DNA of 20,310 nt from an uncultured virus (IMG/VR IMGVR_UViG_3300037512_002166) (taxonomy: Duplodnaviria; Heunggongvirae; Uroviricota; Caudoviricetes), in the IMG/VR virus record IMGVR_UViG_3300037512_002166; one strand, written 5' to 3'. This document shows, in pieces, positions 16,201 through 20,310 of the stretch. A program made the translations under genes and the position numbers. How positions within the stretch are numbered: the stretch's first letter is position 1; each line of letters starts with the position of its first letter. Under the pieces are notes generated by a model. It searched no databases. It saw nothing but the letters and a program-made list of their open reading frames with translations, and was not told the origin of the DNA.

Positions 16201-16583
16201 GGGTCGGAGATGGCCTTCGTCTGCACGGTGAAATCGTTCGACAGCACCAGGGAGCCGTCGTTCGTCGATGCGTGAAGGTTCGTACTGCCGTTGTTGTTTG
16301 TGATATTGACACGGTACAGGGTGCCCGAGAACTCCATGGCGCACGCAAAGCTGATGAGGCCCACCTGCGACTGGTCGCTGATATACGCCGCCTTATCCTC
16401 TTCTGACGCGAAGAAGAACATAGTGTTGTTCGTAGGGTTGAACCATGCAGCCGCAGTCACATGCGCAAGATACGCCTTAATGAAAGACTGGATGGCCTCA
16501 CCGCTAAAGGGCATGCCTACCTGGATATCGTTTCCCCAATCCTGATTGAGGTTCGTGATGGGATTCGGGCTTACACCTGCCAT
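10251..16583 (-). CDS. Giant tail/adhesin protein: beta-rich N-terminus, LamG-like segment, CotH-kinase-like domain, BspA-type LRR C-terminus
   Basis: 2110 aa. The C-terminal repeats LxxVxLPxxLTxIxxxAFxxCxxL with a CLATTPPTL...IYVP cap are BspA/LRR_5 type. The centre has GQGTTS, FCGLF, TDNFAKNTY and QDDLDS motifs. The LamG-like segment lies at about 15060-14675. Confidence 0.8.
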   Translation of the reverse strand: MAGVSPNPITNLNQDWGNDIQVGMPFSGEAIQSFIKAYLAHVTAAAWFNPTNNTMFFFASEEDKAAYISDQSQVGLISFACAMEFSGTLYRVNITNNNGSTNLHASTNDGSLVLSNDFTVQTKAISDPDWTDTQVGAYVTISIDRGVTGTFVPLTERTLYPAGSTINYDVFGDLVLGTSRVKITYEAEDGTVTQSLIYTISLAELYVELFENTWYLPVKQSDQNSWYLGGFRIAGAGYKVLNFEVYNTAGTKVDEFTQNIGTTNAYATTPYFYRFGAASPFLALPTGAYRIVVKVSTDTLESEPIEYSVMYVRTADEATAQIVVANELPDRIYNYSSSTLAKFAAYDCGGLTTDVQVTFYRMNGAVVVDSTTRTLENRETSVKQDLQYSAEWEVMGDGYSIAFELTLGQSTARGDVPLDNSTVFPPTPGFDFYLSAAAHANSDSNRDKIVNEVNGTEIAATWGNVDFIDGVDGWTEDEDGHRCLLIPAGCSLSIPYSGFKFFDRDNMTIEMAYRVKNVSEIDENVITIATNPTQDGFQGLRVKTNTVTLHSASDTSAVNDPARGTKVQDEELVHLLITINPNFEGTHKLVRGYVNGCKAFEFTYSASTDWPIDANLIVAPQKSDVYLYFVRHYATALGDQMAQNNYINSLYEASERIAMDAFIRSVVDAGQTNVDFEMVKNNDFNFFVITMENGASIPSAANGWGKSTKGLSTLEVHYGKHPEWDWKAGPMETAGQGTTSMDYYRWNIRWRIDKTNDSKKVPVQYLTARTKVGQSYQYAWGPASDQKTLFFDGANNHPALKRITGKINMASSMQSHKMGATKAYSDLLYALGLLNNAQAAAVAGGTPVPVTAVYQYPFFGFEYDPMNMTYTFCGLFTMGPDKGDKPSFGFDTTESSLISMEGTDHSQPLAKFAYPWNNDVQFLASEEGLTIVKGTGSYETGLEVGNCHGYSTDKASDQETIAMILQQEFKPAYDLVWNNSTLIFGIALGTYAATAADTLAYINSHLQDFRQTRYDDRFSYADMQFWIDGEYVLYFYDVKLGQYVAGQSLGAPSGSTIAEKNDYFKAQRRAAFKASAENYWDIQDALFHFDFLIITGATDNFAKNTYPYKMGLLASGGRWKWRQDDLDSILDIDNSGADTKPYYIEYTDAVGGSPYFAGSASIFWNLIFECYWDDYNSTVSGNVSRGLLSMGKAILEKMRDLSNASSTYEGFIKYIGMLFWDKAQRYFPQSAYNVDANFKYEQAWLNNGQNVDPLSQALGNHISAEMLWVHRRAVYMLSLFHAGPFGDYSDTSLGTISFRPLGIDTELVPAMWLYPAIGVGQNTMLGGGRTQPGQPCHLATTGDGNTSFYIQGSNFLSSLGDLKALRLGSQYVNPLTITGAKLVTFKIGDAVAGNVNTNVPGLEFANTKCLETIDARNADSIRGAIDLTVCRRLRSLKLSGTSITDVTIQKGSKVTEMSLPALQSLRMRFLKHLTNANFSMDSLAAVATLVMENNAMDSLQMLTDVYGASQVLEFIRVIWDNIVTDTDGSKYNMLVAIANGNYHGLSPDGQVVQDPVIEGALNVLVGIYQQDVDELNEKFPNLVITGSTIYIRFVDARVQSKCATAYGDGTGTTKAAAEAVASMGTTFKNDTQITSFNELEYFKNAFGANSAAEAFRGCSALASVRLPEGATHIMSGAFYGCSNLESIHLPASITTIQRIAFQGCSKLAGEINLPNLTSLSGDQAFVGTKITAVRSLGSITTLGQQTFQNCTALTSVVLPNTVTTITQRSFFNCSALETVEFPQSIESVEYQAFYGTKLGGSINLPNLMTLGSGAFGGTKVTAVTSLGNILSIAGSVFQDCKDLVSVTIPGNVTSIDANAFYGCVALATINLPQTITSIGSNAFLNAKIPIVINLPNLENLGSAFNGSGITAVTSLGRITTIGQSTFNYCKSLTSVVLPNTLTTIDDYAFYQCTALTSISLPTSITTIGGAAFSAVKAQMDINLPNLNTLRTSNYGGPFIGSYVETVTSLGVITNLVGSTFQGCSRLTTVVLPSTLTTIGGSAFYGCTALVYIKCLATTPPTLTSGALSNTNNTFKIYVPYGCGNAYKTTTNWSAFASRIYELDQNGNIPE
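10430..11603 (-). repeat. BspA-type LRR array organised as four ~90-aa super-repeats plus a final repeat
   Basis: INLPNL and V(T/R)SLG each recur four times at about 90-aa spacing. Confidence 0.85.
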
Positions 16584-16589
16584 ATTGCT

Positions 16590-16772
16590 CTATACGTTAT
16601 TTTTCCAACCGAAATCATTTCTCCAAGGATACGCATTCACCCAGTATCCGTTACTGAAGCAGCAGTCGCTCTGGCGGCCCCACACGAGCTTGTCGCCCAT
16701 GTACTTGGCCACGATCTCCTTGCCTTGCCACCGTATGTCTACGATGTTGCTCTTTCCTTGGATGCTTATCAT
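16590..16772 (-). CDS. Small Trp-rich tail-associated protein
   Basis: 60 aa (YMGDKLVW...CCFSNGYWVNAYPWRNDFGWKN) that fills the gap between the two large tail genes. Confidence 0.75.
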   Translation of the reverse strand: MISIQGKSNIVDIRWQGKEIVAKYMGDKLVWGRQSDCCFSNGYWVNAYPWRNDFGWKNNV

Positions 16773-16773
16773 A

Positions 16774-19700
16774 TTACTCGTAGATCAGATAAATCGTTCC
16801 GGAATCCGGGTTCTGCAGCTGCGACCATTCCTCCTGCGAGAGGAGAACATGGGGCGTGCCGCCGCCACCGCCTCCGCCGCCCGGCGTCAGCGTGCCGCCT
16901 CCGTCCATGACCTGGTCTCCGCTGGTTACCAGAGGGTCGGTCAGATGGAAGCCGAGCAACGGGTTGCCGGGCGTGCCGTAATCCTTCAGCTCGATGTAGT
17001 GGCTCAGTCCGCCGAAGTACACGCGCCGGTCGGAGTCGCTGTTCGAGCCGTTGCCCACCGTCAGGCTGCACACGGAACGGAGGTACTGGGCCGTGAGGTC
17101 CAGGTTCGACGCGCCGCCGTGCGGGTGGTACACGTTATTGCCGATGGCGCCGACGATGTCCGGGCCGGAGATATCTATCGTGACATCCTCGAGGACGTTG
17201 TACGCGCCCTTCGTCGCGCCGCCAACCTTGAAGGTGAGGGTCTTCGCGGTCACGGAGCTGATGTATGTCGCATCGTCGAGGCTCCACGTGCCGTTCGCCG
17301 CCCGCTTGAGAAGGCCGCCGCCGGAGGTCAGCTGCGCGATCGCGTCCAGCTCGCCGTTGCGCGGCTGGTATGTGGCGCTCAGGTTCGGGATGTCGGATGC
17401 CACCAGCGTGCTCTTGAACGCGAGGTCGCCGAGGCCGTGGACATCCACGTTCGCGCCGGTGTTGCCGTTCACGTTCAGCCGCACCGTGCCGTTCTCGGTA
17501 CCCTCCTCCAGCACGACGCTTCGGATGTTGCCCTGGGCCGTGGAGGAGAGCGTGTAGACGCCGCCCTCGCCGGGCAGTAGGGAGAATCCCTCGCCGAGCT
17601 TCACGGCGTACCACTTGCTGCCGTTGTAGGCCATCAGGTCGTTGGCGTGCGCGGCAGCCGGGGACGTGGTGCCGTTGAAGCGGCCGACCGCGTTCTCATA
17701 GTTCAGCACGTCCGTCAGCTCGTAGAGGTACGTCGCACCGCCGCCACCGCCGCCGGGACCGATCGTGGCGCCGTTCATCACCTGGTCGCCGTAGGTCACG
17801 AACGCGCGTTCGTAGGTCACGCCGTTCACGGTCTTGCGCTTGAGGCGCAGGCCCCAGATGGGCTGCTGCTCCGTGCCGAAGTTCACCTCCTCGAACCACG
17901 AGAGGATGTCGTTCGCCGCGTTCACCAGGTCGGCTGCGGACTTCTCCGCGCCGGACATGGACTCCAGGCGCACGTTGGCGCCGATGGTGACGATCGTCTG
18001 GCCGGCCTCCCGGCTCCAGGTGATGCCGGGGATTCCGCCGTAGCCGTCCTCGTCCCAATAGATGTTGCCGGCAGCCATGTAGCCGCTTCCGTCGAAGCGG
18101 AAGACCGTCTTCGCGAAGGTATGCTGCATCCGCTCGCCGGGGGTCATCGCCTCCCAGTCGCTCTTCTCCAGCAGTTCGCCGCCGTACCATGCCGCAATGT
18201 CGGAGAGGGTGGTCAGGCCGTTGATGCCGGCCGTCACCCTGTTCTGGGCATCCGTCAGCGCGATGGTCTTCGACAGGATCAGGCCGCCGGCGATGAGGGT
18301 CTGGTTCTCATCCAGCGGAAGGGCGTCCTTGAGGTAGTCGAGGTCCGACAGCCCCGGGATGACCTGGCCGGGCTTGAACACCACCGTGGCCTTCATGGTC
18401 ATGCCGTAGGACGGATCGAACGCGATGTAGTCGCCCTCCTCGTCGCCGATGAACATCGGGCCGTAGTTGAAGAAGAGCGGCTTGTAGACCCCGCTCTGCG
18501 GCGCGGTCTCAGTGTATACGAAGCCGGAGATCGCCTTCCCAGCTAGGGAGAAGGAGTCGATGCCGGCGTAGATGACAAACGAAGGGCTGTCCTCGCCGTA
18601 GCAGGAGAGGACCTGCGCGGCACGGCGGGACGGATCGCTCTGGTTGCCCAGCTGCACGACGGTGTCCCCCACCTCGGGGGCGTCGCTGCCGGCGGCCGCA
18701 TGGCCGGAGGAGAGGACGATCCAGTCAGGGCCGACCTCCGTCACCAGGCGCCAGTAGTAGTGCGTGTTGTCGTTGCCGAAGGTCTGGCAGATGGCCTGGT
18801 CATCCACCCGGAAGGCGTTCTCCAGGGCGCCGCCGTCTGCGGTGTCGCTCTTGAAGTAGCACTTCCAGCCACCGGAGACCTCCTCCACGGCGCTGATCTT
18901 CATGTCGGCCAGCGTCAGCATGATCGTGCCGCCGACCTTGCGCATGGAATCGACCTCCACCTGCGTGAAGACGGCCTTGCGGCGCACCCGCAGGATGTCG
19001 ACCTCGGCGATGGCCTCGCCGGACTTTCCGGTATAGATGCTGCCGCCGATGCCGCCGGCGCCCGGGATGTAGTTCCCGATCCTGACACCCTTGCGGAAGG
19101 TCATCACACCCTCGGCGACATCATCAACGTCCTTGCGGAGGTATCTCGCGTCCGTCACGTCGACGGTAAGGCCGCCGCCCGATCCGCCGAAGACAACACG
19201 GGCGTCAACCGCCGAAGCGATCTTCTCGTCCAGGCCGGCAGTCCTCGTCTCGATGATGTCGGATGTCTCCACGCGGATGTCCGGCAGGGCCTCGCCCTCC
19301 TTCACGGAGACGGTCATCTGGGAGACGTACAGCGGCGCAGGGAGCGTCACGCCGGCGTAGGTCAGCAGCAGGGAGCTGCGCACCGACAGGCCCTCGCGAA
19401 CAGAGGGGTTCTCGGCGAGGTATACGCGGGAGAAGGCCACCGGGTACTGGAACTTGTCGGCGTTGTTCTCTGCCATGAAGCCAACAAGCTGGCGGTCAAG
19501 CTCGCGCTCCGCCGCCCGGAGGAACTCGTCGGGCAGGTCGATGTTCTCCAGCGTGTAGGAGTTGTCGGTCATGGGGCGCTGGCCGGCGCCGGTGGTCTTG
19601 TTGTAGTTCGGCATGACGCCGTTCTCTACCTCCGTGCCGCCGAAGGTGCTGTCGTCCTGCAGGAGTGCGACCCACACGGCGTTCGACGTGGTGTCCTGCT

Positions 19701-20310
19701 GGTTAGGCTGGATGTTGCCCTCGTCGATCACGCCGTAGCCGTCGACCTTCTTCAGGGTTCCGTTGGCGTTCTTCTGGACGGGGTTCTTGCCGTCTTCGGT
19801 CACGAGGATGCGGAAGTGGCAGCCGGCGCAGGGGCCGTCAGACATCACCACCGCCATCTCGCCGTCCTCGATGGCGCAGTCGAAGATGTTGAACCCGAGG
19901 GCCTTCAGCTTGACGAAGAAGTGGCTGTAGCGGAGGTTGCCGTCGGCGTCGGTGTCATCGATGTTGTAGCCGTCGTCGAAGTAGACGTCGGAAAGGACGT
20001 TCAGGGGGTTGCCCTGGCCGTCCTGCAGGTTCTTTATCGTCGGTTTGACGTCATCGAAGTCCTCAACGTGCTCGTGGGGCTCCAGGGCGTCGTACTGATG
20101 CTCGAAATCGTAGTTCTCGCCCGTCTCCGGGTTGACGTATGCCTGTGCATAGGCCTCCGGCGGCGTGTCGGTCGCCTCGTAGAAGCGGGAGGCGCCGTCG
20201 GTGTCGACGTAGATCGACGGCATGATGCAGCCGGTCGCGGGGATCTTGCGCGTCACGACCTGGGTGATGGTGTCGCCTACCTCGGGCTCGCCCTCGATGG
20301 AGAGGCCGAC
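16774..20310 (-). CDS. Large tail protein (baseplate/fibre-like), 5'-truncated by the window edge
   Basis: The frame stays open from 20256 to 20310 (VGLSIEGEPEVGDTITQV), so the track start is not the real one. It has poly-Gly hinges, YLRKD..D...G..TF.KG, YYWRLVTEVG, GDTVVQLGN and a C-terminal LSQEEWSQL..PDSGTIYLI fibre-type motif. Confidence 0.8.
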   Translation of the reverse strand, partial: VGLSIEGEPEVGDTITQVVTRKIPATGCIMPSIYVDTDGASRFYEATDTPPEAYAQAYVNPETGENYDFEHQYDALEPHEHVEDFDDVKPTIKNLQDGQGNPLNVLSDVYFDDGYNIDDTDADGNLRYSHFFVKLKALGFNIFDCAIEDGEMAVVMSDGPCAGCHFRILVTEDGKNPVQKNANGTLKKVDGYGVIDEGNIQPNQQDTTSNAVWVALLQDDSTFGGTEVENGVMPNYNKTTGAGQRPMTDNSYTLENIDLPDEFLRAAERELDRQLVGFMAENNADKFQYPVAFSRVYLAENPSVREGLSVRSSLLLTYAGVTLPAPLYVSQMTVSVKEGEALPDIRVETSDIIETRTAGLDEKIASAVDARVVFGGSGGGLTVDVTDARYLRKDVDDVAEGVMTFRKGVRIGNYIPGAGGIGGSIYTGKSGEAIAEVDILRVRRKAVFTQVEVDSMRKVGGTIMLTLADMKISAVEEVSGGWKCYFKSDTADGGALENAFRVDDQAICQTFGNDNTHYYWRLVTEVGPDWIVLSSGHAAAGSDAPEVGDTVVQLGNQSDPSRRAAQVLSCYGEDSPSFVIYAGIDSFSLAGKAISGFVYTETAPQSGVYKPLFFNYGPMFIGDEEGDYIAFDPSYGMTMKATVVFKPGQVIPGLSDLDYLKDALPLDENQTLIAGGLILSKTIALTDAQNRVTAGINGLTTLSDIAAWYGGELLEKSDWEAMTPGERMQHTFAKTVFRFDGSGYMAAGNIYWDEDGYGGIPGITWSREAGQTIVTIGANVRLESMSGAEKSAADLVNAANDILSWFEEVNFGTEQQPIWGLRLKRKTVNGVTYERAFVTYGDQVMNGATIGPGGGGGGATYLYELTDVLNYENAVGRFNGTTSPAAAHANDLMAYNGSKWYAVKLGEGFSLLPGEGGVYTLSSTAQGNIRSVVLEEGTENGTVRLNVNGNTGANVDVHGLGDLAFKSTLVASDIPNLSATYQPRNGELDAIAQLTSGGGLLKRAANGTWSLDDATYISSVTAKTLTFKVGGATKGAYNVLEDVTIDISGPDIVGAIGNNVYHPHGGASNLDLTAQYLRSVCSLTVGNGSNSDSDRRVYFGGLSHYIELKDYGTPGNPLLGFHLTDPLVTSGDQVMDGGGTLTPGGGGGGGGTPHVLLSQEEWSQLQNPDSGTIYLIYE

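Noticed and set aside
16546..18546. 344-aa and 299-aa plus-strand ORFs and alternative-frame minus ORFs
   Set aside because: They are shadows of the GC-rich tail gene with biased composition and no independent signals.
1..20310. Stop-codon reassignment as in some crAss-like phages
   Set aside because: Genes tile densely under the standard code, and TAG (3134, 5273, 7825), TGA (1327) and TAA all end genes at sensible boundaries.

Overview
All credible genes lie on the minus strand and form the late region of a tailed dsDNA phage or prophage. A Bacteroidota host is inferred from AT-rich leaders without Shine-Dalgarno motifs and TAnnTTTG-like promoter boxes. In transcription order (right to left): a 5'-truncated large tail protein; a 60-aa protein; a 2110-aa protein combining a LamG-like segment, a CotH-kinase-like domain and a lower-GC BspA-type LRR C-terminus; several tail-associated and hypothetical genes; a CxxC protein; a portal-like protein; a lysis cassette (holin, peptidase M15 endolysin, membrane-anchored spanin-like protein); and RusA. 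The left end holds a compact module the ORF track partly misses: a 47-aa peptide, a 3-4 TM protein with a CxxH motif, an HTH-like protein, an intergenic region with phased repeats and a promoter overlapping a 32-bp palindrome/terminator, and a membrane-anchored protein running off the window. This module is the best candidate for an undescribed regulatory system. All family calls are by-eye motif recognition, with no database searches. The long plus-strand ORFs are treated as antisense shadows.
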